Source: Candidatus Sumerlaeaceae bacterium
GTDB lineage: Bacteria; Sumerlaeota; Sumerlaeia; Sumerlaeales; Sumerlaeaceae
DNA: 64,000 nucleotides
Direction of reading: 5' to 3'
Assembly: GCA_049968255.1 (NCBI GenBank)
Contig: JBMFRB010000003.1
Span: 320,998-384,997, forward strand
Made by a program: the position numbers and the translations under genes. A model generated the notes under the pieces. The model was not told the DNA's origin, made no database searches, and saw nothing but the letters and a program-made list of their open reading frames with translations. Positions 30,942 through 41,541 of the stretch are shown in pieces. Each line of letters starts with the position of its first letter. The stretch's first letter is position 1.

Positions 30942-32571
30942 ACCAACGTTGGATCGGTTGCATCGCGTTGTTTTTTTGGCGCTGCTCGCCCTGGCCTTGT
31001 TTTTGCGTCTATGGCAGATTTGGGACATCCCGCCGGGGCTTTGGTACGACGAGGCGCTCTACTGCCTCAATGCCTTGTCCATTGGCCGCGGGCATTGGCC
31101 GATCTTTTTCATGCTTCACGATCATCCGGTGGAGCCGCTCTATGTCTACACACTGGCCGGCGCGTTCGCGCTCTTCGGCCCGACGGTCGTCGTTGGGCGA
31201 ATCGTGAGTGCTCTTTGGGGAACGATCGCAGTAGCGCTGTTTTATCCGATTGGCCGGCGGCTGATGAATGAGCGCTGGGCGCTCGTGGGCTGTTTCGTCT
31301 ACGCCGTTTTCCGCTGGCCGCTTCATTTCAGTCGGACCATTTTTCGCGCCGTCACGCCTCCGGTCTTTATCATGCTTGTCGTCCTCTTCTTCCTTCGTTG
31401 GCGCGAGCGTCGCCGAACTTCCGACGCCATGCTTTGTGGCCTCTTTCTCGGGCTTGGCCTTTACACTTACATCTCATTCCGTCTCGTTCCCCTCCTTTGG
31501 CTCGCTTGGGTGGTGTGGCTTGCCTGGCGCGGTGAGATCGTCTGGCGTCGCGATGCCAAAGCGCTTGCCACCATGGTCATCACAGCTTTTCTCGTGGGGT
31601 CTCCACTCGCTGTAGATTTCTTGTTTCACCCCGCCCACTTTTCTGGTCGCCTTGACGAAGTCTCGATGTTTCACGAACGCATCGAGCAGAGGCGCCCCGA
31701 TGGCCGCGTGGAGGTTCACGAAGTGCCCAAACCGCTCTCACAGGTTATTCTTGGGCTGCTTAGGAATGCAGTGGCTGTGAGCAAAATGTGGACTATCCGC
31801 GGCGATCACGTTGGCCGCCACAATTTGCCTTACGAACCAGTGTTTGATTGGGTGAGTGGCATCATCTTTTATATCGGGGTGCTGTGGGCCATGTGCTACG
31901 CATGGCGACGTGAAGCCGCTTTTCTTCCTCTCCTATGGTTACTGACGCTGTTGGCAGCTAGCGTGTTTTCCTTCGGAGCGCCAAACATTCTGCGCACGCA
32001 AGGCGCCATTCCCGCTGTCGTGCTGCTTTACCTTCGCGGGTTGCATATCACGGCGGCTGCGCTGCAGCGCTGGACTTCACGTCGCACCGCCGCTGCGGTC
32101 AGTGCGATTTTGCTGCTTTGGTTCGCAGTGGTGCAGCTCGATACTTATTTTCGCCGTTTTGCAGTTTCACCTGTCGTGCGAAATGAATTCCTCACCGACA
32201 CGTTTTACGAGCCAGCGCGCGCAGCACGTTTGATCTCTCCCGATGTTCGCGAGGTGTGGGTATCGCGAGACCTCGCGGATCATCTCACTTTTCAATTCGT
32301 TACCTACGGGCTGAAGAACATCCGCAAGTATGACGTGCTGGGCGACGCCCTGAGCTCGGCCACGCCACCTGCCGCTCTGATGGCGACCACCATGGTGCTC
32401 CAAAAGCAAGCGCAACATGGTGATCCAAGGGAGCTGCTGGCGCGCCATAAGACGCGCCTCCAGCGCGAATTCTCGGTTTTGGCGCCAACCACCGAGGGCC
32501 AATGGACGCGTGTGCCATTCGCTTATCTCTGGATTCTTCCCATAGATTCTGCCAGCAAAGAAGTACGGTGA
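30931..32571 (+). CDS. GT-C membrane glycosyltransferase (ArnT/PMT, GT39/GT83-like)
   Basis: PPGLWYDEA motif after the first TM helix, GLGLYTY, many TM helices. Confidence 0.82.
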   Translation: MAHKPTLDRLHRVVFLALLALALFLRLWQIWDIPPGLWYDEALYCLNALSIGRGHWPIFFMLHDHPVEPLYVYTLAGAFALFGPTVVVGRIVSALWGTIAVALFYPIGRRLMNERWALVGCFVYAVFRWPLHFSRTIFRAVTPPVFIMLVVLFFLRWRERRRTSDAMLCGLFLGLGLYTYISFRLVPLLWLAWVVWLAWRGEIVWRRDAKALATMVITAFLVGSPLAVDFLFHPAHFSGRLDEVSMFHERIEQRRPDGRVEVHEVPKPLSQVILGLLRNAVAVSKMWTIRGDHVGRHNLPYEPVFDWVSGIIFYIGVLWAMCYAWRREAAFLPLLWLLTLLAASVFSFGAPNILRTQGAIPAVVLLYLRGLHITAAALQRWTSRRTAAAVSAILLLWFAVVQLDTYFRRFAVSPVVRNEFLTDTFYEPARAARLISPDVREVWVSRDLADHLTFQFVTYGLKNIRKYDVLGDALSSATPPAALMATTMVLQKQAQHGDPRELLARHKTRLQREFSVLAPTTEGQWTRVPFAYLWILPIDSASKEVR

Positions 32572-32580
32572 AACTAAGTC

Positions 32581-33774
32581 ATGGCGCATGAGCGAGACGG
32601 TGCGTTGGCAAAAGTGATATATCTCGACAACTGTGCGACAACCCCCTTGGACCCGATTGCTGCTCGCGAGCTCACACGCGTGGCCGCAGAGTGCTTCGGG
32701 AACCCTTCGAGCATTCATGCCGTTGGTCGTTGCGCAGCTCGCGAGTTGGATGCAGCGCGTGGCGCACTGGCAGAGACCGTTGGGGCAAAGCCCTCGGAAA
32801 TTGTTTTCACATCGAGCGGGACCGAGGCAAATAATTTCGTGATCGCTTCGGTTGTTCACGCGGCCGTAAGCCGCGGTGAGCGCGTGCACATTGTGACCTC
32901 TGCGGTGGAACACGCCAGCGTGCTCAAACGACTCGAGTACGAGATACGCGAACACGGCGATCGCGTCGAAGTGACTTATGTCGGCGTCGACAGCGTCGGG
33001 CGTGTGCGTCTTGATGAGCTACGGCGCGCCATTCGCGACGAGACGCGGCTGATCTCCATTCTTCATTGCAACAACGAAACGGGTACGTTGCAGGATCTAC
33101 ACGCTCTCTCGGCGCTGCGCCTTGCTTATCCGCAGGTGCTCCTGCATCTCGACATCGTCCAGAGCTACACGAAGGTGCCCTTCGACGTCCGGATTTATCC
33201 GGCCGATTTTCTCACCGTCTCAGGGCATAAAGTGTATGGCCCTAAAGGAATTGGCTTTGTCTACGTTCGCCAGGGAACGCCAGTCGAACCATTGCTCGTG
33301 GGGGGCGCGCAGGAGCGTTTCCGGCGAGGCGGAACGGAAAATGTCCCTGCCGCTGCAGCATTTGCAGCTGCCGTCCGCTCAATTCCTCCGCACACGGAAT
33401 TGGCTGCACGCTACGCGCACTTCGAGCGAACGTTCTTTGCAAAGCTGGACGAAGAGGGATGTGAGTACCGACTCAATGGCCCGGCGGATCACGAACGGCG
33501 TCTACCAGGCATTTTTAATATTTCATTTCGAGGAATTGCTAACAAAGAGGATCTTCTCGTCGCTTGCGATCTTGAAGGCGTTATGGTCTCGAGCACTTCT
33601 GCTTGTCATTCGGGTGTGGTCAGCGATTCGCACGTTCTTGCTGCCATGGGAGTGCCCGAAACAGAGCGCCGGGGAGCTATTCGGGTGGCATTCAACAAAT
33701 TCCATCGCGAGGAGGACGTCGCTGAAGCAGCCCGCTTGATCGCGCGGTGTGCCAAGCGAGTGGCGGTTCGGTGA
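32581..33774 (+). CDS. iscS: Cysteine desulfurase (IscS/NifS family)
   Basis: IYLDNCATTP, FGNPSS, SGTEANN, NNETG, SGHKVYGPKG, RGGTEN, catalytic SACHS. Confidence 0.9.
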   Translation: MAHERDGALAKVIYLDNCATTPLDPIAARELTRVAAECFGNPSSIHAVGRCAARELDAARGALAETVGAKPSEIVFTSSGTEANNFVIASVVHAAVSRGERVHIVTSAVEHASVLKRLEYEIREHGDRVEVTYVGVDSVGRVRLDELRRAIRDETRLISILHCNNETGTLQDLHALSALRLAYPQVLLHLDIVQSYTKVPFDVRIYPADFLTVSGHKVYGPKGIGFVYVRQGTPVEPLLVGGAQERFRRGGTENVPAAAAFAAAVRSIPPHTELAARYAHFERTFFAKLDEEGCEYRLNGPADHERRLPGIFNISFRGIANKEDLLVACDLEGVMVSSTSACHSGVVSDSHVLAAMGVPETERRGAIRVAFNKFHREEDVAEAARLIARCAKRVAVR

Positions 33775-33910
33775 GCGCATCGGGCCAGAGTGTGGCGATC
33801 ATACCAAAAACGTCGCAGTGGGAATCTTTGATTGAAATTCATTCGGATATACGAGCCGAACGATTTGCAAGCAAAGCGTGCTCCATATCGTTGAAGGACT
33901 CGAACGACTC

Positions 33911-34612
33911 ATGCGCATTGTTGTGACATTGCCGACTTATAACGAGGCAGAGAATATTCAACCGCTTGTTGAGGAACTGCTTGCTCTTGGTGATGAATTC
34001 GAAGTTCTGGTCATTGATGACGATTCTCCAGACCGGACATGGGACATTGTCATGCGAATGAGCAAGACGAATCCGGGGGTGCATCTGATTCGCCGAATCG
34101 GCGAACGCGGGCGCGGCACAGCAGGACTTGTTGGCTTTAGGTGGGCGCGCGACAACGGCGCTGATGCTGTTGTCGAGATGGATGCCGATTTCTCTCACCA
34201 GCCGCGCTTCATTCCCTCTTTACTCGAACCAATCCGCGCTGGCGAAGCCAACATCGTCATTGGCTCGCGTCTTGTCAAAGGGGGCAAAGAGATTGGCCGC
34301 TCACCGATCCGCACCCTCATTACCCTGTTCGCTAACGCCTACATACGGACAGTTCTAGGATTGCGCATTCGCGACTGTACGAGCGGATTCCGAGTGTTTG
34401 ATCGCAGGGCACTGGAGAGCCTCCCTTGGGAAAAAATGCGCTGCCGCGGGCCCGAGATCGTGCAGGAAGTCCTTCACGAAGCGCGCAAAATTGGCCTCAG
34501 TATGGTGGAGCGACCAATAGTGTTCGAAGAGCGTCGCGCCGGTCAATCCACATTCAATGTGAAAATCATGTTACGAAGTTTGCTTTATATGCTGCGATTG
34601 CGGTTTCAATGA
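33911..34612 (+). CDS. Polyprenol-phosphate sugar synthase (DPM1-like GT2)
   Basis: PTYNEAENI, IDDDSPD, EMDADFSHQP, IGSR, DCTSGFR, FEERRAGQS. Confidence 0.88.
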   Translation: MRIVVTLPTYNEAENIQPLVEELLALGDEFEVLVIDDDSPDRTWDIVMRMSKTNPGVHLIRRIGERGRGTAGLVGFRWARDNGADAVVEMDADFSHQPRFIPSLLEPIRAGEANIVIGSRLVKGGKEIGRSPIRTLITLFANAYIRTVLGLRIRDCTSGFRVFDRRALESLPWEKMRCRGPEIVQEVLHEARKIGLSMVERPIVFEERRAGQSTFNVKIMLRSLLYMLRLRFQ

Positions 34613-35682
34613 GCCGTTTAGAAAAATCATGGCAGCGCTACGCCCGTTGGCTCATGCCGCTCGGTTCGGCCTACGCTGCAGCCATGCGCCTTCGGGCCAG
34701 CGCTTTCCGTCGCGGCATCCTTCAGCAGCGCCGCGCCAGCCTGCCTGTTGTGAGCGTAGGGAATTTGCACCTGGGCGGAAGCGGAAAAACGCCAGTGGTC
34801 GAATGGCTTGCCCGCGCTCTTACGCAAAAGGGCTATCGCCCCGCCATCGTGTCACGCGGCTATGGCCGACGCACTGCGCCGCATCAATTAGTGGTCGTCA
34901 GCGATGGCTATGCCCTTCAGGCGTCTCCAGAAGCTGGCGGCGACGAGCCGGTCATGCTTGCGAAGGCACTGCCAGCCGTTCCTATCGTTGTGTGTGGCGA
35001 CCGCTACCGTGCCGCCCTTTTCGTGGCCGAGCACACGAGGGCTGACTGCATTATTCTTGACGATGGGTTTCAGCACCTTGCTCTCGCGCGGGATTTTGAC
35101 CTCGTGCTGCTCGACGCCAGCATTTGCCACCAACGTGTTTTTCCAGCAGGCTACCTGCGCGAGCCACTCAGCGCTTTGTCGCGCGCCGACGCCTTTGTTC
35201 TGCCCGCCACGGCCCAAAACGAAAAAGATTTCCTGAATTGGCTCGAGCGCACACTTCCGGAGCGCCCTCAGTTTTGGATGCAAGCCGCGGCCCAGCAGAT
35301 TGAATGTCCTTCCACAGGTGAGATTGTGCCTCCCACTCAGCTAGCGGGGACGCGTGTGCTTGGATTTGCGGGAATCGCTGCACCCCAGCGGTTTTTTGAC
35401 ACCTTGCGAAAGCTTGGCCTGGACGTCGTGGAGCAAGCATTCGAAGATCATGCCTGCTACACGCGCCAACAGTTGGCCGGTCTTATCGAGCAAGCGCGCT
35501 GCCTTGGCTGTGCAGCTCTCATCACCACCGCGAAGGACGCCGTAAAGATACCGCCCGAAATGATGAGCGGTCAGCTCCCGCTCTACGTGCTACGCCTAAG
35601 CGTTGACATTGAACCTAAAGACGAATTGCTAAAGGCAATCCTTGCTCGTTTCGAGATCGGTCAGCGGCTTGGGGCAGCTTAG
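34609..35682 (+). CDS. lpxK: Tetraacyldisaccharide 4'-kinase
   Basis: [46 protein letters not shown]. Confidence 0.92.
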   Translation: MSRLEKSWQRYARWLMPLGSAYAAAMRLRASAFRRGILQQRRASLPVVSVGNLHLGGSGKTPVVEWLARALTQKGYRPAIVSRGYGRRTAPHQLVVVSDGYALQASPEAGGDEPVMLAKALPAVPIVVCGDRYRAALFVAEHTRADCIILDDGFQHLALARDFDLVLLDASICHQRVFPAGYLREPLSALSRADAFVLPATAQNEKDFLNWLERTLPERPQFWMQAAAQQIECPSTGEIVPPTQLAGTRVLGFAGIAAPQRFFDTLRKLGLDVVEQAFEDHACYTRQQLAGLIEQARCLGCAALITTAKDAVKIPPEMMSGQLPLYVLRLSVDIEPKDELLKAILARFEIGQRLGAA

Positions 35683-35836
35683 GACAAGCCGAGCTCTCAT
35701 CAACTTTGTGTCATCGGAGCAATCGAGCTCGGCCGAATGAATCTCGTCATGCATAAGTAATAATTGATGAAAGCGGCCGGGACTGAGGAAGCCTCGACCA
35801 CCTTCCAGCACGACGTAGCGGAAGGAGGTGAAACGC

Positions 35837-36073
35837 ATGGGCTTCGTAGACAAACACACGATCCCCGGGGCGTGCATGTTGCTCGAGTGCAAGAAGACCT
35901 CGACAGACGAGGAGAGCGTTGATCTGTCGGCCTATGATGACGGGCTGCTCAAAGAGGGCGGCGACTATATCTGTGGACTGACGGGCCGCGTGAATGGGCC
36001 GGATTATCGTCCAGCCGATCCCGAGCACTGCCGCAAAGGTCGACCGTGCTTCAAGCAACACATGATGTTCTAG
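35837..36073 (+). CDS. Small Cys-containing hypothetical protein (78 aa)
   Basis: Near-perfect SD AAGGAGGTGA 5 nt before ATG 35837; 5 Cys; acidic centre. Confidence 0.7.
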   Translation: MGFVDKHTIPGACMLLECKKTSTDEESVDLSAYDDGLLKEGGDYICGLTGRVNGPDYRPADPEHCRKGRPCFKQHMMF

Positions 36074-36338
36074 CCAAATGCCGGGGGGCAAGGAGATGGA
36101 GCGCGGACAGGAAAAGAGGCGGAGGGATTGTTTTGCCTTTTCACGGCGTTACCCCCTTGTTTGGAGTTTTCCCCCAGTGTGTTCGAATTGCTCGCTCTTC
36201 TGTCTGAATAACGCAACGCAAGATGTTTTCCCCCCTCGCCACCCCTTTGTTGCGCATTAGCGTGCGGGTTAACAAGCCCGCAGACAAACGAGACGTATTG
36301 TGTCCAGAATTTTTCCGTGGCCGATGTAATCCCTAAAC

Positions 36339-37535
36339 ATGATTAGTGTCTCAAAACTCCTCTGCGATTCGGGCTCCTTTGGCGACACCCTGCGTTACGC
36401 CCGTCACAGCGTTGGTGCCACAGCAGGCGCCACTTGCAACCGCGGGCCGGTGGTCGTGTGGAATTGCACTCGCTCGTGCAACTTGCGATGCCTCCACTGC
36501 TACTACGCTTCTGAACCCCTGCTGCCTTCGCCGACTGAGCTCAGCACGCAAGAGGCACAGCGTTTCATTGATGACCTTGCCGCATTCCGTGTGCCGGTGC
36601 TCTTGATATCTGGTGGCGAGCCCCTTGTGCGGCGCGATATCCTCGACTTAGCCGCTTATGCGGCCGACAAAGGGATTCGCGTCACGTTCTCCACAAACGG
36701 CACGCTCCTCACGCGCGACATAGTCAAGCGCCTGAAGCAGATCGGTGTCGGTTATGTCGGCATCAGCTTCGACGGCGTGGGTTCCGTGCATGATTATTTC
36801 CGTGCTCGTGATGGTGCGTTTGCTGCCTCGCTGGCCGGCGTACGCTTGTGCCTTGAAGAAGGCCAAAAAGTTGGGGTGCGTTTCACCATGAACCGTCACA
36901 ATCGGGAGGAACTCCCCCGGATTTTCGACTTCATCGAGGCCGAACGGATCCCGCGCGCATGCTTTTATCATCTTGTTTACAGTGGCCGTGGGGCACAGTT
37001 GCGCGAATACGACCTGACGCATGAAGAAACGCGGCGTGCCGTCGATTTGATCATCGAGCGGACCGAGGCCATGGCGGCAGACGGACAATCGCGCGAAATC
37101 CTCACAGTCGATAATCACGCTGACGGCGTTTACATCTATCTCACGCTCTTACGGCGCGGCTCTCCGCGAGCTGAAACCGTACGGCAGCTTCTCGAAGCTA
37201 ACGGTGGAAATCGCAGTGGAATTGCGATTGCGGCAGTGGACCATGAAGGCAATGTTCATCCTGATCAATTCTCGACGAATCACACCCTGGGCAATATCCG
37301 CGAGCGTCCCTTCAGCCTGATCTGGAGCCAAAGTGAGCATCCGCTGCTTGCTGCGCTGCGGCGTCGAAAGCAATTACTGAAAGGCAGGTGCAGAGCCTGT
37401 AAATGGCTATCGCTTTGCAACGGCAATTTTCGCGCGCGGGCCGAAGCAGTTTATGGAGATTATTGGGCGCCGGATCCTGCCTGCTACCTTACCGACGAAG
37501 AAATTGGCGTCGCATCTGCGTCAGCGAGTGCCTGA
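36339..37535 (+). CDS. Radical SAM/SPASM protein, AhbC/NirJ1-like (alternative heme biosynthesis family)
   Basis: MISVSKLLC..GDTLRY, PVVVWN, CNLRCLHC, SGGEP, FYHLVYSGRG, LTVDNHADG, HPDQF, CRACKWLSLCNGNFRARA, DPACYL. Confidence 0.82.
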   Translation: MISVSKLLCDSGSFGDTLRYARHSVGATAGATCNRGPVVVWNCTRSCNLRCLHCYYASEPLLPSPTELSTQEAQRFIDDLAAFRVPVLLISGGEPLVRRDILDLAAYAADKGIRVTFSTNGTLLTRDIVKRLKQIGVGYVGISFDGVGSVHDYFRARDGAFAASLAGVRLCLEEGQKVGVRFTMNRHNREELPRIFDFIEAERIPRACFYHLVYSGRGAQLREYDLTHEETRRAVDLIIERTEAMAADGQSREILTVDNHADGVYIYLTLLRRGSPRAETVRQLLEANGGNRSGIAIAAVDHEGNVHPDQFSTNHTLGNIRERPFSLIWSQSEHPLLAALRRRKQLLKGRCRACKWLSLCNGNFRARAEAVYGDYWAPDPACYLTDEEIGVASASASA

Positions 37536-37698
37536 GCCCAACTGCTGAAAAGTTCGGGTTGTGCGAGCTTTGTGTCGCGCGCATCAATACCCGAGCCAAG
37601 CGCTCTCGCGCGTGAAGGGAGCACGGGAGGCTCCGCCCTTGAGAGCGCGTGCATCACAGCCAACCGATCCCTCATGCCGTGCCCAGGCGGATGCTGAC

Positions 37699-38673
37699 TC
37701 ACACGCTCCGTGCGCTAAGCTCTTTTTTCATGATGGCAAAACGGCGCGTCATCGTGAATCCAAGCCGCCCGTACACACCCTTGAGGGCGCGTTCGCCTGT
37801 CCACAGCACCCACGCACTGTGATAACCACTGAGCCGCATTTGATAAAGTGTCCGCGCGAGCAGGACGGAGCCAATTCCACGTCCCTGATAAGCATCTGCC
37901 ACACCAAAAGGGCCGAAATGTTCTCGTTCGTTTTGGCAAAAGCCGATAATGTTCCCTTGATCAAGCGCCAGCCAGATTGCCTCGGGGGGGAAGCGTCCAT
38001 GCGTCATTTCAATGAGATTCCGGCGGGCGTCCTCGACCCAAGGCCCAGGCATGTGCTCGCGTTGAAATTCGATGTAGTCCACAAGATCATCGGGCTCGTA
38101 ATGTCGGACAATGATGCCCTGAGCTGCCAACTCACGCTCCTTTGCTAGAACGTCGGGCGGAATCTCGAATTTCGAGATGAGCGCGTCTGCCGCGATGCCC
38201 TCGGAGTACTCGACGAACCCCCGTTTCTGCAGGAAGGCCACGCCCTCTGCGTAGCGATCCTTGTCCACTCCGGGCACAAAATAATTCGGTGTGTAAGGAG
38301 CGATACAGATGATCCGGCGCTGGTGTTTGCGGAAAAACCCCTCCGCCGCCTCCAGAAGCGCGCTTCCTACGCCGCGATGCCGATAGTTCGGATGAACCCC
38401 AAAGACCGTGATAAACCCCGTATCCTCGCGGTGCCCCACTTTTTCGATAGGCTTCACAAGCACGAAGCAGGTGATAAATCCTACAACCTCCCCTTCGGAT
38501 GTTGCGACGATAAGGCTATCGCGTTCGTAGTTTTGATCAAGCAGCACCTTACGCTCAAAAATCTCGCGCGTCACGCCGTCAAGCGGCAGCGCCGCTTCCC
38601 AACAACGCAGCAAGCTCACCGTGTCGCGCCCCTCGAATCGCCTGATTTCTATCCCATCTGGCTGGTTCGGCAT
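37699..38673 (-). CDS. Tandem GNAT acetyltransferase
   Basis: Two acetyl-CoA binding motifs, VHPNYRHRGVG and VADAYQGRGIG; SD AGGAG. Confidence 0.82.
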   Translation of the reverse strand: MPNQPDGIEIRRFEGRDTVSLLRCWEAALPLDGVTREIFERKVLLDQNYERDSLIVATSEGEVVGFITCFVLVKPIEKVGHREDTGFITVFGVHPNYRHRGVGSALLEAAEGFFRKHQRRIICIAPYTPNYFVPGVDKDRYAEGVAFLQKRGFVEYSEGIAADALISKFEIPPDVLAKERELAAQGIIVRHYEPDDLVDYIEFQREHMPGPWVEDARRNLIEMTHGRFPPEAIWLALDQGNIIGFCQNEREHFGPFGVADAYQGRGIGSVLLARTLYQMRLSGYHSAWVLWTGERALKGVYGRLGFTMTRRFAIMKKELSARSV

Positions 38674-38965
38674 CTCTCCTACCCTTTCTGCGTCGTCAAC
38701 GTTGGCCGCATGTTTCGCCTGTTGCAAACACTCGACGCCAATAAACTCTTGAGCTCTCCGCTGGCATGACCCGCTAGCGAGCGCAACCAAAATTCAGCTT
38801 TTGCAGGGTCACATTCTCCGACGCCGCCATAACCACTCAGACGCTGAATAAAACCCCTTGCACATGGTTTTTCCGCGGCGGAAGTTTTCGCGCTCGGTTG
38901 ACTACCTCGTTTTCTTCTGGGTGGGAGCACCGAGATCTACGATTCAAAAGATTCGAGGACAAAGA

Positions 38966-39340
38966 ATGCCGACGATTAACCAATTGGTTCGCAAAGGCCG
39001 CAGGCGCGTGAAGAGCAAAACCAGCTCGCCTGCGTTGCAGGGGTGTCCCTTCAAGCGTGGTGTCTGCACGCGCGTCTACACCACCACGCCCAAGAAACCA
39101 AATTCAGCCCTGCGCAAAGTGGCGCGTGTGCGCCTGACGAACGGCATGGAAGTGACGGCTTATATCCCAGGTGAAGGCCATAATTTACAGGAGCACTCCA
39201 TTGTGCTCATCCGCGGGGGCCGCGTGAAGGATCTCCCCGGTATTCGTTACCACATTGTGCGTGGCGTTCTCGATTGCCAAGGTGTGGCGAATCGCAAGAA
39301 GAGCCGCTCGAAGTACGGCACAAAGCGCCCAAAGAGCTAA
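38966..39340 (+). CDS. rpsL: 30S ribosomal protein S12
   Basis: [37 protein letters not shown]. Confidence 0.98.
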   Translation: MPTINQLVRKGRRRVKSKTSSPALQGCPFKRGVCTRVYTTTPKKPNSALRKVARVRLTNGMEVTAYIPGEGHNLQEHSIVLIRGGRVKDLPGIRYHIVRGVLDCQGVANRKKSRSKYGTKRPKS

Positions 39341-39372
39341 ACCGCTTGCCCTTTTGCGCGTAATAAAATTTC

Positions 39373-39425
39373 GAGCACGACGCATCGAGCCGGGAAGTGC
39401 TTCTTGCGCCGTGCTCTTCGTTTTT
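39373..39425 (+). terminator. Putative terminator after rpsL
   Basis: Stem GAGCACGACGCA (39373-39384) / TGCGCCGTGCTC (39405-39416) with one mismatch, followed by TTCGTTTTT. Confidence 0.5.
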
Positions 39426-39484
39426 ATGCTGCTGATGAACGCCAGGGGTTGATAAGATTCCTCGCGTCAGAAAGGATGCGGCCG

Positions 39485-40033
39485 ATGAGCGAACAATTCC
39501 CAGTGTTTCATGCCACCACAGTCCTTGCAGTGAGGCGCAATGGCCAAACGGCTGTTGCAGGCGATGGACAAGTGACCCTCGGCACCACGGTGATGAAAGC
39601 CGGAGCCCGCAAAGTCCGCCGCATCTATGATGGCAAAGTCGTGTGTGGATTTGCCGGTGCTGCGGCCGACGCTTTCGCCCTCTTTGACCGGCTTGAGGCT
39701 CGTGTGCAAGAGTATCGCGGCAACCTCGTGCGCGCCGCTGTTGAGCTGGCGAAAGATTGGCGCACCGATAAATATCTGCGTCGGCTCGAAGCCATGCTGG
39801 TCGCCGCCGACGTCGAACATCTCCTTCTGCTTAGCGGAACGGGAGAAATCATCGAGCCCGATGATGACCTCGTGGCCATTGGATCCGGTGGTCCTTATGC
39901 TCTTGCGGCAGCTCGGGCGCTCGTTGCTCACACGCAGATGCGGGCCCCGGAAATCGCCTATGAAGCATTGCGCATAGCCGCCAGTTTGTGCATTTACACG
40001 AACGATCACATCGTCGTGGAAACGCTGCCTTAG
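39485..40033 (+). CDS. hslV: ATP-dependent protease peptidase subunit HslV
   Basis: HATTVLAV (Thr nucleophile after a short propeptide), [38 protein letters not shown]. Confidence 0.95.
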   Translation: MSEQFPVFHATTVLAVRRNGQTAVAGDGQVTLGTTVMKAGARKVRRIYDGKVVCGFAGAAADAFALFDRLEARVQEYRGNLVRAAVELAKDWRTDKYLRRLEAMLVAADVEHLLLLSGTGEIIEPDDDLVAIGSGGPYALAAARALVAHTQMRAPEIAYEALRIAASLCIYTNDHIVVETLP

Positions 40034-41160
40034 CCCTGCATGTTGGCCTTGTGCATCTGCGTTCGCGATGCGGAGGGAGAAATCTCAATGACCACCTTTG
40101 CCTCATACTGGGCCGCGTGAATTGACTCTGCCGTTTTTTCCAGAGAAAAGCGCGCCGTGATCCAACCGGCAGTCGGCATTCCGTGTTCCACCATGAACTG
40201 AATCGCTTTTTCGAACGGCCCACAGCGCGAGCCTTGCAGGCGGACCTCATCTACGGCCAGCATTGTCGTATCAAGGGATCGTGTAGGCACGCCTGGCGTA
40301 GATTTCAGCGCGATTGTGCCTTGCGGGCGCACCAGTTTGCTCGCGAGCGTCAGTTTCTGGGGATCACCGGTTGCTTCCACCACCATGTCCGCCCCGAGTC
40401 CTTTCGTCCAGTGACTCACCAGCATCGCCAATTCATCTTCTGACTGCACGCTGATAATCTTGCCTCGCGAGCCGCTGTGGGCACCCTCCCCATCGAAACA
40501 CACGCCACGCGTGAAAAGATCCTTCAGAGGGAAAAGCGAAGTTGCGCGACGCGTTACCGCGATGACACGATAGCCGTATTTGGCGGCCACGAGCGTAACA
40601 AGTTTACCAAGGCGTCCGGCGCCAAGAACAACAATCCAGCCACCCCCCTCTGGCGCTGAAAGCTCGAAGGTGCGAATGGCGGCTGCTAGCGGCTCGACGA
40701 AAATCGCAGCATCAAGCGCAATGCTATCCGGCAAGCTATGAACGCAACCGACGGGCACACGCACAAACTGGGCAAAGGCACCATCGTGATTGACAATACC
40801 CACAACCGAGCGGCGCTGACAGTGATTTACAAGACCCCGTCGGCATGCCGCGCACAAGGTTCGCGAACGCCGCGCCACGCACGTTGCATTGATCTCTGCC
40901 ACCACGCGTTTGCCCAAAAGGGCGCGTGCTTCGCGACCTCGGCCAGCGTCCACCACACGGCCACTGAATTCGTGTCCGAGCACCAGTGGCAGTGGGACTC
41001 GATAATTGCCCGAGTAAATGGCAACGTCCGTTCCGCACACACCGGCGTACGCGACTTCGATCAGCACCTCGTGAGCCGCCAGAGGAAGTTCCACTTGTCG
41101 CTTTCTGATCTCGATGTGCTGAGGTTCCTCCAGCACAGCCGCAAAATAGGTCGCTGCCAT
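40030..41160 (-). CDS. Zn-dependent MDR alcohol dehydrogenase (threonine dehydrogenase-like)
   Basis: GVCGTD, GHEFSG, Cys cluster, EPLAAA, GAGRLG, GSRCGPF. Confidence 0.88.
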   Translation of the reverse strand: MAATYFAAVLEEPQHIEIRKRQVELPLAAHEVLIEVAYAGVCGTDVAIYSGNYRVPLPLVLGHEFSGRVVDAGRGREARALLGKRVVAEINATCVARRSRTLCAACRRGLVNHCQRRSVVGIVNHDGAFAQFVRVPVGCVHSLPDSIALDAAIFVEPLAAAIRTFELSAPEGGGWIVVLGAGRLGKLVTLVAAKYGYRVIAVTRRATSLFPLKDLFTRGVCFDGEGAHSGSRGKIISVQSEDELAMLVSHWTKGLGADMVVEATGDPQKLTLASKLVRPQGTIALKSTPGVPTRSLDTTMLAVDEVRLQGSRCGPFEKAIQFMVEHGMPTAGWITARFSLEKTAESIHAAQYEAKVVIEISPSASRTQMHKANMQG

Positions 41161-41541
41161 CTAAGTTCCTTTCTCCGCGTGGCATCGTCAAGGCGCACCG
41201 CTGCCCTGGCCCTCTGAGAGCAGCTCCTTGCGCCAAGTCACACTTGAGGTATTGCAGAGGCCACACCGCCGGCCTGACAAGCCAGATTTTGAAACTGCAA
41301 AAACAGGACGACCATGGTGCATTTTTTGTTGCCTTGCTTGCGCCTTACTAACCATACTGAGAGCCAGAAGATTGCAGAATTGGACGCGTGACACTCGTAT
41401 GTTCTCTGCGAAATTTCTGTGGCACAAGCGCGATTTGTGCGAATATAAGAGAGGAAGTTGAACACTCTCAAAGGAACATAACTTGAACACCGCAAATCCT
41501 CATAACGTACAAACCCTTTCAGAAAGTCTGGAGAATCTCTT

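Noticed and set aside
36339-38673. Radical SAM plus GNAT as a RiPP biosynthetic cluster
   Set aside because: The GNAT is convergent, there is no transporter, peptidase or RRE domain, and the rSAM has AhbC/NirJ1 hallmarks
38966-39340. Streptomycin-resistance allele of rpsL
   Set aside because: PKKPNS and RVKDLP lysines are wild type
41160-41541. Cobalamin riboswitch or sigma-54 promoter upstream of the B12-radical SAM gene
   Set aside because: No recognisable B12-box; TGGCAC at 41420 lacks TTGC at the correct -12 spacing
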